Of a stretch of 36,733 nucleotides of DNA, positions 9,550-18,256 are shown one piece after another; the first letter of the stretch is position 1, and every line of letters starts with the position of its first letter. The stretch comes from Candidatus Undinarchaeota archaeon. Lineage in GTDB: Archaea; SpSt-1190; JASMDC01. The notes beneath the pieces are model-generated. The model searched no databases, was not told where the DNA came from, and saw only the letters and a program-made list of their open reading frames with translations. The DNA lies in NCBI GenBank assembly GCA_964519305.1, contig CAZFHY010000020.1:21833-58565 (forward strand), read 5' to 3'. The position numbers were made by a program, and so were the translations under genes.

Positions 9550-10399
9550 ACTTGTCCTTCCACAGCTCCTGACGCCGGGCCTCCAGGAGGTTGTTCTCCT
9601 TGCCCAGGAACTCTGCGGCGGTCATCACCCGCTCGTCCTCCCATACAGAGGTGAGCTTCGAGCGGAACTCCAACTGGCGGACCGCGTGGTGGTCGAGCAC
9701 AAGCTTCTTCACACGCGTCTCGTCCAGGATCCGACGCAATCCCTTCTCCGCATCCTCAAGGAGGTGCGTCTTGAGCTTCCCGGCCACGTAGAACCGGGGG
9801 CCACCCACGACAAGCATGGTGGGATCCCGGTCGAGGATCCATTGGAGGGATGCCTCCTCAGTGGGACCTTGTACGTCCGATGTATGGACGAACGAGCCCT
9901 CCTTGGACCTTACGTTGGTCATGAGCACGTACCCTCGCCGGGTGCGCTTCGTACCGTGGGGTACAGCGGGGCTCATCTCGACAGTGCAGCCGGTCAACTT
10001 GTACTTCTGGCCGTCACCGAACTCCATCTGCCTGGTCATGCTCCTCAACCGGTTGATGAAGAAGGGCGCATGCACCATCTTCTGGCTGCGGTTGATGTTC
10101 TCTTTGGGGTGCTTGACGATGACCCGTTTCTGACTATAGTAGTTGGAGTTAGGACCATAATGGTCGTGATGGAAGTGGGAGACTATGATGGTGTCCGCTT
10201 CAGTGGCGACCTCGTCGATGCGCTCGGCGAATGCTGTGAGGGCGTCCATCTCGGGGCTCGTGGGCGGCAGCCCGAACCGGGTCCTGGCCAGGCAGGCACC
10301 AGGGTCCACGACGATCCGGTGCTCACCAGCGCGCACGAGGGTGCACATGGAACGCACGCCCATCGAGTCGAAGGCGATAGGAACGACCTCGAAAACCAC
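9500..10399 (-). CDS. Metallo-beta-lactamase-fold hydrolase, archaeal UPF0282 type
   Basis: DSMGVRSM, DPG, RFGLPP, SHFHHDH, PAVPHG, HTSDVQGP, LDHH and LLEARRQELW. Overlaps the larA 3' end by 50 bp. Confidence 0.9.
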   Translation of the reverse strand: MVFEVVPIAFDSMGVRSMCTLVRAGEHRIVVDPGACLARTRFGLPPTSPEMDALTAFAERIDEVATEADTIIVSHFHHDHYGPNSNYYSQKRVIVKHPKENINRSQKMVHAPFFINRLRSMTRQMEFGDGQKYKLTGCTVEMSPAVPHGTKRTRRGYVLMTNVRSKEGSFVHTSDVQGPTEEASLQWILDRDPTMLVVGGPRFYVAGKLKTHLLEDAEKGLRRILDETRVKKLVLDHHAVRQLEFRSKLTSVWEDERVMTAAEFLGKENNLLEARRQELWKDKFMELPEPVPTDPPADK

Positions 10400-10496
10400 G
10401 GTCTACTCTCGAACGTCAATCCACTTAAAGATTATCAAAAGGGTTCGGCGCCCGGAGTGCTAGTTACTTAAGGTTTGGAGGGGTGGCCACGGCCAG

Positions 10497-12329
10497 GTGT
10501 TCCCTGTGCCCGGCTACGTTATCGACACATCGGCGCTCATCGCCAAGGGCGCGGACCGCGTGCTCGACACGACGGACGGAGGGGCGATCGAGCTGATCAT
10601 CCCGGCCGCCGTCGTGCATGAGCTCGAGGAGGAGGCAAAGGCCGACCACCCGTCCGGATGGGTCGGCCTGGAAGAGGTCAAGCGGCTCGTGGCATTGCAC
10701 GGTGAGGGACGGCTAGCGCTCAAGCTCTCATCGGGCGAAGAGCTCCATGGCCGCATTGGCCGGACCCAGTCCGACCGCGCAGCCCGCCAGCTCGCAAAGG
10801 ATGAGAAGGCGGCCCTGGTCACGGCCAGTCGGGTCCAGGAGGCGCTCGCCCAAGCGCAGGGGATCACCGTGGTCAAGGTGGGTGGCGCGAGCGACGAACA
10901 CCTGAAGGTGGAGGGGCTCTTCAGCGAGGATACCATGTCGGTCCACCTGCGCGAGGGTGTGCGTCCGCTCGCCAAGCGTGGTCGTCCAGGGGCAGTGCAG
11001 CTCGAATCGTTGGGGGAAGAACCTCTCACGCGAGCACAGGTCATGGAGTACATCGTCGACACCCTCGAGCGGTCCCGCCGTTCACCGGAGGGGTTCGTGG
11101 AGATCGAGGCCACGGGAGCGACCGTGGTCCAGTACGGGAACCTGCGAATCGGTATCGCCATCCCACCCTTCGCTGACGGTGTGGAGATGACGGTCGTACG
11201 CCCTATAGCGCGGCCGGCCCTGGAGGCCTACGAGCTCGCGCCCGAACTGCTCGAGCGACTGGAAGCACGTGCCGAGGGGGTCATCATCGCCGGTTCACCG
11301 GGTGCAGGGAAGTCCACCTTCGCCTGTGCACTGGCCGAACTGTACGCTGCCAACGACAAGGTAGTCAAGACCATGGAGTCCCCCCGCGACCTGCAGGTAG
11401 GGCCCGATGTGTCCCAGTACGGTCCGCTGAACGGTTCCTTCGAGCGCACTGCTGACATCCTCCTGCTCCTTCGGCCCGACTATACAATCTTCGACGAGCT
11501 GCGTCGCACCGACGACTTCCGCATCTTCGCGGACCTGCGTATGGCAGGTGTCGGGATGATCGGAGTGACCCACTCCTCCTCGGCAATCGATGCCATCCAG
11601 CGGTTCATAGGTCGAGTGGAGCTGGGCATGCTCCCCCAGATCATCGACACGGTCGTCTTCGTCCGCGACGGGTTCGTTGACGAGGTGTACGACGTCAAGA
11701 TGGCGATCAAGGTCCCCCACGGAATGACCGAGTCGGACCTCGCCCGGCCCGTTATAGTCGTCAGCGACTTCTTTTCCAAGGAGCCGAGGTTCGAGATCTA
11801 TACGTTCGGCGACGAGACGGCAGTGGTCCCCGTCCGGTCCATGGCACCCAAGGACATCGCCCGGCTCAGGGACCGGATCGTTCGGCTGGTGGGTCGACAG
11901 GCAGGCTCGACACGGAGCGTGCGTGTGGAAGTGCTCTCCGAGCGGCGTGCGGCCGTGTACGTACCCGACGACCAGGTATCAAGGATCATCGGCCAACGAG
12001 GCAAGACGATCGCAGCGCTGGAGCGGGCTGTCGGCATCCGTCTCGACGTGCGCGCCCTTGGTGAGGCGCCCCGTGCGTCCAGACCACCCATCTCGAAAGG
12101 TGCCCTTCGCTTCCGGCTCATGGAGGGGAAGCGTAACTATGTGTTCGATCTCGGCGGACGGATGTCAGGGGTGACCGTGGACCTGCGTGCCGGCGGCGAG
12201 ACGGTGACGACCATGGTCGCCGACCGTAAGGGCAAGGTCAAGATACCTGTGCGGAGTCCCGAGGGCAAGCGCCTCAAGCAGGCCGTCGAGGCAGGGGAGC
12301 CGGTCGAGGTCGTGGGCTCGCTCGCGTAA
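10497..12329 (+). CDS. PINA-type ATPase (PIN domain + PilT/VirB11-like ATPase + KH domain), archaeal Holliday-junction branch-migration ATPase family
   Basis: YVIDTSALI PIN strand, TMSVHLREG, GSPGAGKST Walker A, ESPRDLQ, YTIFDE Walker B, DLRMAGVGMIGVTH, and IIGQRGKTI KH motif. Confidence 0.93.
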   Translation: MFPVPGYVIDTSALIAKGADRVLDTTDGGAIELIIPAAVVHELEEEAKADHPSGWVGLEEVKRLVALHGEGRLALKLSSGEELHGRIGRTQSDRAARQLAKDEKAALVTASRVQEALAQAQGITVVKVGGASDEHLKVEGLFSEDTMSVHLREGVRPLAKRGRPGAVQLESLGEEPLTRAQVMEYIVDTLERSRRSPEGFVEIEATGATVVQYGNLRIGIAIPPFADGVEMTVVRPIARPALEAYELAPELLERLEARAEGVIIAGSPGAGKSTFACALAELYAANDKVVKTMESPRDLQVGPDVSQYGPLNGSFERTADILLLLRPDYTIFDELRRTDDFRIFADLRMAGVGMIGVTHSSSAIDAIQRFIGRVELGMLPQIIDTVVFVRDGFVDEVYDVKMAIKVPHGMTESDLARPVIVVSDFFSKEPRFEIYTFGDETAVVPVRSMAPKDIARLRDRIVRLVGRQAGSTRSVRVEVLSERRAAVYVPDDQVSRIIGQRGKTIAALERAVGIRLDVRALGEAPRASRPPISKGALRFRLMEGKRNYVFDLGGRMSGVTVDLRAGGETVTTMVADRKGKVKIPVRSPEGKRLKQAVEAGEPVEVVGSLA

Positions 12330-12366
12330 GGGTCATTTATATACCTTGAACGTGGGTAGTCACCCA

Positions 12367-13263
12367 GTGAAAAAGATACAGGAGTCCATCGGGAGGGCCG
12401 CGGTGAACGTGGCCAAGGAGGTCTCGGCCGACGCGATCGTGTCCTTAGAGCGTCCCGATGCTCCCGTCCCAACGGACACCTTCGAGGAGTTCAAGAAACG
12501 CCTGATGAGCATCCTTGCCCCACCAAAGACCCCGGTGCGTGTAGTGATGTTCAAGAAGTCCCGGCGTGGGGCGGTCAACTACCGGCGACGTGGTGAGTTC
12601 GTCATCGAGGTGAAGGCCTCGCCCATCGAAGGCGCCATCTTCATCAAGGAAGCTGTGATGGGCATCATCCGCGAGGGCTGGCTCAAGGAGGGTGACCGCA
12701 TCGTGAGCGTGGGCGACAGCTCGCTCGGTGTTGGCTATTCAGGCCTCCTGTTCCTCTTCGATATCGACCGTACCTTCTTCGAGATGTCAGTGCTCGAACT
12801 GGACAAGAACGTGGGTAGCGACGTTCTGGAAACGGTTATCGCGCTGGCCAAGGAGGTCGGGAAGGAGGGCCGCGAGGGTCGCCAGATCGGAACAGCCTTC
12901 ATCGTCGGTGACTCGGACTCCGTCCTCAAGCGCTCCCGACAACTTATCATCAATCCATTCTCCGGGTATGCAGAAGAGCATCGGAACATCACCGACCCGG
13001 AACTTAAAGAGACAATCAAGGAGTTCGCCCAGCTCGACGGCGTCTTCATCATCGGTTCGGACGGGACAATCCACGCCGCCGGTGCTTATTTAAACATTGA
13101 CCCGGAAGGGGTCGGCGTCCCCTCGGGGCTCGGCTCACGCCATCTGGCTTGCGCCGCAATCACCAAGAACACCAAGGCCATCGCCGTAGCGGTGTCCCAG
13201 AGCGGAGGAATAATCAGGGTGTTCAAGCAGGGCGAGATGGTGATGGAAGAGAAGCCCGATTGA
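12367..13263 (+). CDS. dacZ: Archaeal diadenylate cyclase (pyruvate-kinase-C-like N-domain + DAC/DisA_N domain)
   Basis: EGREGRQIGTAFIVGD, INPF, KEFAQLDGVFII (DGA-like motif), GLGSRHLA and VSQSGG. GTG 12367 follows a TTTATATA box. Confidence 0.9.
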   Translation: MKKIQESIGRAAVNVAKEVSADAIVSLERPDAPVPTDTFEEFKKRLMSILAPPKTPVRVVMFKKSRRGAVNYRRRGEFVIEVKASPIEGAIFIKEAVMGIIREGWLKEGDRIVSVGDSSLGVGYSGLLFLFDIDRTFFEMSVLELDKNVGSDVLETVIALAKEVGKEGREGRQIGTAFIVGDSDSVLKRSRQLIINPFSGYAEEHRNITDPELKETIKEFAQLDGVFIIGSDGTIHAAGAYLNIDPEGVGVPSGLGSRHLACAAITKNTKAIAVAVSQSGGIIRVFKQGEMVMEEKPD

Positions 13264-13274
13264 GGGAACAACGT

Positions 13275-13349
13275 GGGCTCGTGGCCTAGTCTGGATAGGG
13301 CGGCGGCCTCCTAAGCCGTAGACCGCGGGTTCAAATCCTGCCGGGCCCA
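13275..13349 (+). tRNA. tRNA-Arg (anticodon CCT), intronless, CCA not encoded
   Basis: Acceptor stem GGGCTCG/CGGGCCC, D arm GCCT..AGGGC, anticodon arm GCGGC-CTCCTAA-GCCGT, T arm GCGGG-TTCAAAT-CCTGC. Confidence 0.96.
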
Positions 13350-13350
13350 T

Positions 13351-13371
13351 GGGAGGGGTTCTTCCCCTCCC
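13351..13371 (+). terminator. Hairpin directly after the tRNA (terminator or processing signal)
   Basis: GGGAGGGG-TTCTT-CCCCTCCC forms a perfect 8-bp stem. Confidence 0.5.
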
Positions 13372-13439
13372 GAATCTCGCTCCTTAGAGATAAGGTTCTT
13401 CAAGGTTACCCGTCACATCAGTTATCACTGGTAGGTCAT

Positions 13440-14183
13440 ATGACCATGAACACCGTTCTGGGCCTCTTCTGGGGATCTGATGAAAAAGAGGAGAAGGAGG
13501 AATCCTTCGGCCCCGAGCTCATCGAGCTTGAGCGGACGGTGCTGATGAAGGGTATGGACACCAAGGTCACAGTCTCCATCACGAACCTATCCAAGATGTG
13601 GCTCGAGGACCTCCGGGTGAAGCTCGAAGTACCGGCCGGTTTCCAGGACAAGTACAAGAACTGCGATATCGAGCTCGGCGACGTCAGGCCCAAGGACACT
13701 GTAACGAACAAGGTCACCCTTCATCCGACCGGCTGCATAACAGGCAGACTGAGCGGTACCGTGACCTTCACCGTCGTCGGCGGAAGGCTGGGCACGGTCG
13801 ACATCCCCCCCAAGGTGATCGGCTCGTGCACACCATATCTCACGAGCATCCTCGTCAACGAGCAAGAGTTCGCCGAGATGACGAGCAGACTTGAGCACGT
13901 TGGCGAAGAGGTCGATGTCAAGAGCATCGACGATGCTGTCGGCTCACTTAAGAAGGGGCTCGTCAAGCTCAATATGGTGTCATCCAGAAGGGAGGAAGAG
14001 CCCTCTCAAGCGACGCTCTCGTTCTCGGGCAGGGAGGAGATTACCAACTACAAGATCTTCATCACAATCCTGTTGACCGAGAGCGACAAGGGAGGCACGG
14101 CCACCATCACCGCGTGGTGCAAGGACCTTGACATGGCGTGCGTTCTCTGTGGCGAGGTCAGATATATGATCGAACAGGTCTGA
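13440..14183 (+). CDS. Hypothetical protein; Ig-like beta-sandwich plus alpha/beta platform, adaptin-appendage-like by inspection
   Basis: 247-aa ORF with normal codon style. The pattern VxITN..LxDLxVxL..LGDVxPxxT..VxLxP is followed by a helix/strand platform. The fold is inferred. Confidence 0.7.
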   Translation: MTMNTVLGLFWGSDEKEEKEESFGPELIELERTVLMKGMDTKVTVSITNLSKMWLEDLRVKLEVPAGFQDKYKNCDIELGDVRPKDTVTNKVTLHPTGCITGRLSGTVTFTVVGGRLGTVDIPPKVIGSCTPYLTSILVNEQEFAEMTSRLEHVGEEVDVKSIDDAVGSLKKGLVKLNMVSSRREEEPSQATLSFSGREEITNYKIFITILLTESDKGGTATITAWCKDLDMACVLCGEVRYMIEQV

Positions 14184-14207
14184 GCCGGCCTTCGCTATAA
14201 GACGGGT

Positions 14208-14516
14208 TCACGCGCGCTTTCCGTTGGGCTCTGAGACGAATCCCTTCTCCTCGCACATTCGCACCACGTGGATGACGGCCCAGTGCTCCTCCTCGGAGAG
14301 GTCGCGCTCCTCCTCGATAACGAACCGGTGGAGCCCGGCTATACCATCATACGCGGTCCCAAGCCCCCGGCGATGGAAGAGCTCGAGCACATGGCTCGAG
14401 AGCGCGTACCCGACGGCATGGTCATGGCCTTCGACAACCGACAGCTTGCGCCCAGCCACGCTCCGGAGCACGTCCTCGATCAAAGCGGTCGATTCTTTTA
14501 CGTCATCCATGACCAT
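14208..14516 (-). CDS. Hypothetical protein (102 aa)
   Basis: Fills the gap between neighbours, has globular composition, and has a TTAAAAA box ~29 nt upstream. Confidence 0.6.
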   Translation of the reverse strand: MVMDDVKESTALIEDVLRSVAGRKLSVVEGHDHAVGYALSSHVLELFHRRGLGTAYDGIAGLHRFVIEEERDLSEEEHWAVIHVVRMCEEKGFVSEPNGKRA

Positions 14517-14584
14517 GTCCCTTTGGATGAACAGGTGCGCAGGCTTTTTAACCTTGGTGCCTTCCGACCAGCGAGGGCCCGAGA

Positions 14585-14785
14585 ATGGTACTGTCTAAGA
14601 AGGACCAGGAGATGATCGAGCGCCAGAACCGTCGCGTGTTCGACCGACGGCTCAACATGCGAAAGAAGAACGCTCTTGTATGCTCTCGATGCGGCAAGAC
14701 ATTCCCTCTAGGCCGTAAGGCGGCGTTCAACAACCACATCAAGAGCTGCCGGGGGAACAAGGGGATACCCGAGCTGGAGATATAG
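14585..14785 (+). CDS. Small basic C2HC zinc-finger protein
   Basis: CSRC-x14-H-x3-C (CSRCGKTFPLGRKAAFNNHIKSC) after an Arg/Lys-rich helix. Confidence 0.7.
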   Translation: MVLSKKDQEMIERQNRRVFDRRLNMRKKNALVCSRCGKTFPLGRKAAFNNHIKSCRGNKGIPELEI

Positions 14786-14859
14786 AACAAGCCCATTCCC
14801 GGTGACAGAGAGCCCAAAGGAACCTTTTTATACCGCCTTCTGTCGCGGCCACAATCACC

Positions 14860-15894
14860 ATGGTGAAAGAGGCGCATAAGGAAGGATCCACTCACCCTCT
14901 TCCTATGCTTGAGTTCACGGACAATACCTACGCCGAGCTCGTGGAAGAGCTCGTGGATGACGACACCCTCATCGTCACCGGCTCCCACGGCTATCCCCTC
15001 CTGAAGGAGCTGGGCCAGGCCGTGGAGGTGCGGGACAACTCATATCACAATGTGGAGCGTGCCCAGGACGAGTACGAGTACTCCAAGGTGGTCGCGTTCG
15101 GCGGGTGCACGTCCCTTGACATGGGAAGGGCGATAGCGGCCGGTAAAGAGCTGATAGTGATCCCCGCATCCCTCTCCACGTGCGGAATCGCTGCAGCCAA
15201 GAGCATCATCAACTACGACGGTGTCGACAAGGCTGAGCGGACGACCACACCAACGAAAGTGATCGTGAGCATCCCGTCGATGCTCGACACCGATCCAGAG
15301 CGCCTGGAGCGCCTCTCACGGTCCGGGTTCGGCGACTATCTTGCCAACATAAGCGCCTCCATCGACGTCCAGTACAGGGCTGGTGACCTCTCCATGGACG
15401 CCATCCGCAACAACGTCCCCGGCAACTTCGAGGCGATGGAGTGGGTGGTCGATAACTTCGACGGGTACAACGAGGAGTGCCTGCAGCATCTGGCCAACTA
15501 TACCCACAACGGTGCCGTGGCGGTCATCGTGCGGGGCAACAACTCCCTCAGCGCCGGTGGCGAGCACAAGCTCTACTACCACATGATGGAGCAGCACGAC
15601 CGCTACCACGGAGCTCCCCTCAAGCCCACCCACGGCGAGATGGTGGCCGCAGGAACCCTTGTGGCCGCCAAGGTCCTTGCGGAGGAGACGAACCAGCAAG
15701 CACTCTACGACAACCTGTGTAATGCCTACACCAAGCTAGGCCTCCCCACCGACTATGACGGACTCTCGGCCATCGGGATCGAGCGGGACCACCTCGTCCA
15801 GGGGCTTGGAGCCATCACGGACACCGACACCTACATGGGTGCTCATTTCGCCCAGGGCGACTATGCGGTCCTGGACCGGGTGTTTGGTGGGTAG
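14860..15894 (+). CDS. Divergent glycerol-1-phosphate dehydrogenase-like enzyme (DHQ synthase/Fe-ADH superfamily)
   Basis: FGGCTSLDMGR, IPASLSTCGIA, SGFGDYLAN, GGEHKLYY, THGEMVAAG and LGLPT. An AACCTTTTTATAC box lies ~27 nt upstream. Confidence 0.75.
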   Translation: MVKEAHKEGSTHPLPMLEFTDNTYAELVEELVDDDTLIVTGSHGYPLLKELGQAVEVRDNSYHNVERAQDEYEYSKVVAFGGCTSLDMGRAIAAGKELIVIPASLSTCGIAAAKSIINYDGVDKAERTTTPTKVIVSIPSMLDTDPERLERLSRSGFGDYLANISASIDVQYRAGDLSMDAIRNNVPGNFEAMEWVVDNFDGYNEECLQHLANYTHNGAVAVIVRGNNSLSAGGEHKLYYHMMEQHDRYHGAPLKPTHGEMVAAGTLVAAKVLAEETNQQALYDNLCNAYTKLGLPTDYDGLSAIGIERDHLVQGLGAITDTDTYMGAHFAQGDYAVLDRVFGG

Positions 15895-15938
15895 GGGATC
15901 CAGATAATATCCCCGGTAAGCAAAGGTCACGCTTTACC
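15894..15938. terminator. Two short hairpins between convergent genes
   Basis: GGGGAT-N9-ATCCCC and GGTAAGC-N9-GCTTTACC. Confidence 0.35.
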
Positions 15939-15942
15939 CGTT

Positions 15943-17259
15943 CTACGACGAGGGCTGATCCAGATAAAGCCGCTTGTACGGGATGACCACCTGGAGCTCC
16001 TCGCCCACGAGATCGCTCACAAGCAGGTTCACCGTTGGGCCATGGTTGACACCGGGAGCATTGACGACCTGGCGGGGCGTAACGCCTTCCGCTGGCTGTG
16101 AGAGGTCCACCTCCGCACGGAAGAAACCGAGCCAGTTGCCACCCAGCTCCGCCTCCTCGGCGAGCAAGCCATCGCTCCTGACGGTCTGCACCAGTTCCAC
16201 GAACTCGTGACGTTTCTCACCGTCGTTCTTGAGCTCGTCGCGGGTGTAATCGTGACGCTCGCCATCGTATGTAAGCGATATGGTCTCAGCTGCATCGCCA
16301 TCGAGCACCGTGAGCCAGTCGGTGACAGCGGTCGTGCTCGCGGCCTGACCGTTTCTCACGTCCTTGGCGGCCCGGCCCATGACAAGGTAGGGCGACACCC
16401 GGAACCCGATGTTCCGGTCGGGGAGCGTGACGGCCAGGTTCCCGGTGCCGTTCACGTCATCATCCTCCAGCCGGCCGAGCAGGTAGCCCTTCTCGTCGCT
16501 GGAGAGACTGTCGGTAGATATGTTGTCGAGCACGTTCTTGAACAGGGATACCGTATCCTTCGTGCGCGGATTGCTGTTCTGGCCGATAGGCCCCGTCGCC
16601 GGATTATCCTGGTCGGCGAAGTACATCATGTCCATGTAGATCTCTGTTTCCGGCGATGCGCCGGCGATGGCCGCGTCCACGACCTTTGCGAGGAGTGTTG
16701 CGTCCTTTTCCGGCCCGAGTTTGCGGTACTGCATCGTCTGGATGGACATGGAAACTGCGAACTTCCCGGAATAACCTGCGGCCATTTCGAGCTGGTTCAG
16801 ACCATGCTCGTCAGCGACGACCTCGTCGCCATCAAGCTGGTAGTGAACACCTGATGTTATTATCTTAGAGCTCTTCCCGGTGGCATCGTACACCGACATC
16901 GTGAAGTCACCGATGCCCTCACCGGTCTCGTACCGGAGGTGACCGGGCTCGCTGTCCCTGAAGGTCTCCACCAGCACTCCCTCGTAGGTGTTCCCCTGCA
17001 CGGGGACCCCGGTGTACGCCGATGCCTGACCTAGAGCTGTCATGAACTTCTCGGTCTGGTCCCAGCGTGCCGTGGCGATCTTTGGGAGCGAGGATGCGTG
17101 ACATCCCGGGCACTTCTGCTGGCAGCCACGTTGCGGGTACACGCCATGGAGATTTCCTACGAGCGAGGAAAGTTCATCGTCAGAGAAATCCTTGAACACC
17201 TCATGGGCCACTGCATAGTCTTCACCGGTACCCTCTGCAAGGTCATACACGGTCAGCAT
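15943..17259 (-). CDS. Radical SAM-like protein (CX3CX2C), function unknown
   Basis: QRGCQQKCPGCH; FRDSEP sits at the GGE-motif position; IITSG. ATG 17259 is preferred over 17301 because it gives a smaller overlap. Confidence 0.7.
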   Translation of the reverse strand: MLTVYDLAEGTGEDYAVAHEVFKDFSDDELSSLVGNLHGVYPQRGCQQKCPGCHASSLPKIATARWDQTEKFMTALGQASAYTGVPVQGNTYEGVLVETFRDSEPGHLRYETGEGIGDFTMSVYDATGKSSKIITSGVHYQLDGDEVVADEHGLNQLEMAAGYSGKFAVSMSIQTMQYRKLGPEKDATLLAKVVDAAIAGASPETEIYMDMMYFADQDNPATGPIGQNSNPRTKDTVSLFKNVLDNISTDSLSSDEKGYLLGRLEDDDVNGTGNLAVTLPDRNIGFRVSPYLVMGRAAKDVRNGQAASTTAVTDWLTVLDGDAAETISLTYDGERHDYTRDELKNDGEKRHEFVELVQTVRSDGLLAEEAELGGNWLGFFRAEVDLSQPAEGVTPRQVVNAPGVNHGPTVNLLVSDLVGEELQVVIPYKRLYLDQPSS

Positions 17260-18256
17260 CACCCTGTGGACCAATCCTGTGGTGAACGGATTCGACGGCA
17301 AGTCGCATGAGCTTGGTGGCCGTGCGCACGCCCGAGGTGTACTTCGATACGTTCCCCGAGCTCATCCGTTCTCCCTTGAGCTCAGGCTGTGCGAGATGGT
17401 CGTCCACGACCCACATGAGGCCAGTTGCGCCGCCCCCGTAACTGTTCGCGACAGCGCTGACAGCGGCGAGCTCCATCTCGACGGCGTCGTAGCCCTCGTT
17501 GACGAGCTGTGTTAGCCGGTCGGGTGTCTCCTCCCGTACCCACGAGCAGGTGTCGTAGATCGTGGCGCTCTTGAGCGTGATGTCCTGTGCGGTCGCGGAC
17601 GCGAGGAGAGCATCGTTGAGCTCGTCGCTCACCGACGTTGTAGAACCATAAATGTCGGGGATGGGTGAGCGGGTACCCACATCGCCCGTAGCGTGGATGA
17701 TGTCACCGGAGTCGAGCCCATCGGTAAGGCCACCGACGTTGCCTATGTATGTGAAGTTACGGGCACCTCCGCGACAGAGCGCGTCGGTAAGCATGGCCGC
17801 ATGCTCCTGGCCCATGGGTGCCGATACGATGCCCATGGTCGTGCCCTTGTACGATATGATCTTGTGTGAATCCGAGAAGGACCGCTCCACATTCGCTCCG
17901 TAGGGGACGGTGAAGGCGTCACCGTAGACCATTATGTAGTCAGTGGGGAGGTCGATGTCGTCGAGGGAGGGTGTCTCCCGGGCCCGTCCCTTGGGGAGGA
18001 TAGAGGTCAGTGTGTCCACGGCATCGAAGCAGGCGTCCTGGTAGCGTGGCGGGACGTGCCGGGCGATTCCGTTGAGCGCACGTGTGAGCAGTGAGGTCGG
18101 CGGCGTTGAACTGCCGTACAGACCCTGGGAAGTGACGTACCGGGCGACGGCCGCGTCCCGTGCCTCGGGATCGGAGATGGTCTCGAAGTAGCCCGCATGA
18201 GCTGGATCGATCGCTCCGGCCTCATCGGTCCCTTCAGGTAGCTCGTACATCATCAT
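17243..18256 (-). CDS. Purine/uridine nucleoside phosphorylase family protein (PNP_UDP_1) with N-terminal extension
   Basis: APMG, IGNVGGL..L..GD, REET, AVEMELAAV and VVDD. Confidence 0.8.
   Translation of the reverse strand: MMMYELPEGTDEAGAIDPAHAGYFETISDPEARDAAVARYVTSQGLYGSSTPPTSLLTRALNGIARHVPPRYQDACFDAVDTLTSILPKGRARETPSLDDIDLPTDYIMVYGDAFTVPYGANVERSFSDSHKIISYKGTTMGIVSAPMGQEHAAMLTDALCRGGARNFTYIGNVGGLTDGLDSGDIIHATGDVGTRSPIPDIYGSTTSVSDELNDALLASATAQDITLKSATIYDTCSWVREETPDRLTQLVNEGYDAVEMELAAVSAVANSYGGGATGLMWVVDDHLAQPELKGERMSSGNVSKYTSGVRTATKLMRLAVESVHHRIGPQGDADRV

Noticed and set aside
13275-14215. tRNA-Arg as an integration site (CGGGTTCA echo near 14203)
   Set aside because: The match is only 8 nt. 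I saw no longer 3' tRNA duplication and no integrase in the window.
15897-15967. 11-bp direct repeat GATCCAGATAA, 60 nt apart
   Set aside because: One copy is inside a coding region, nothing mobile lies between the copies, and chance is plausible.
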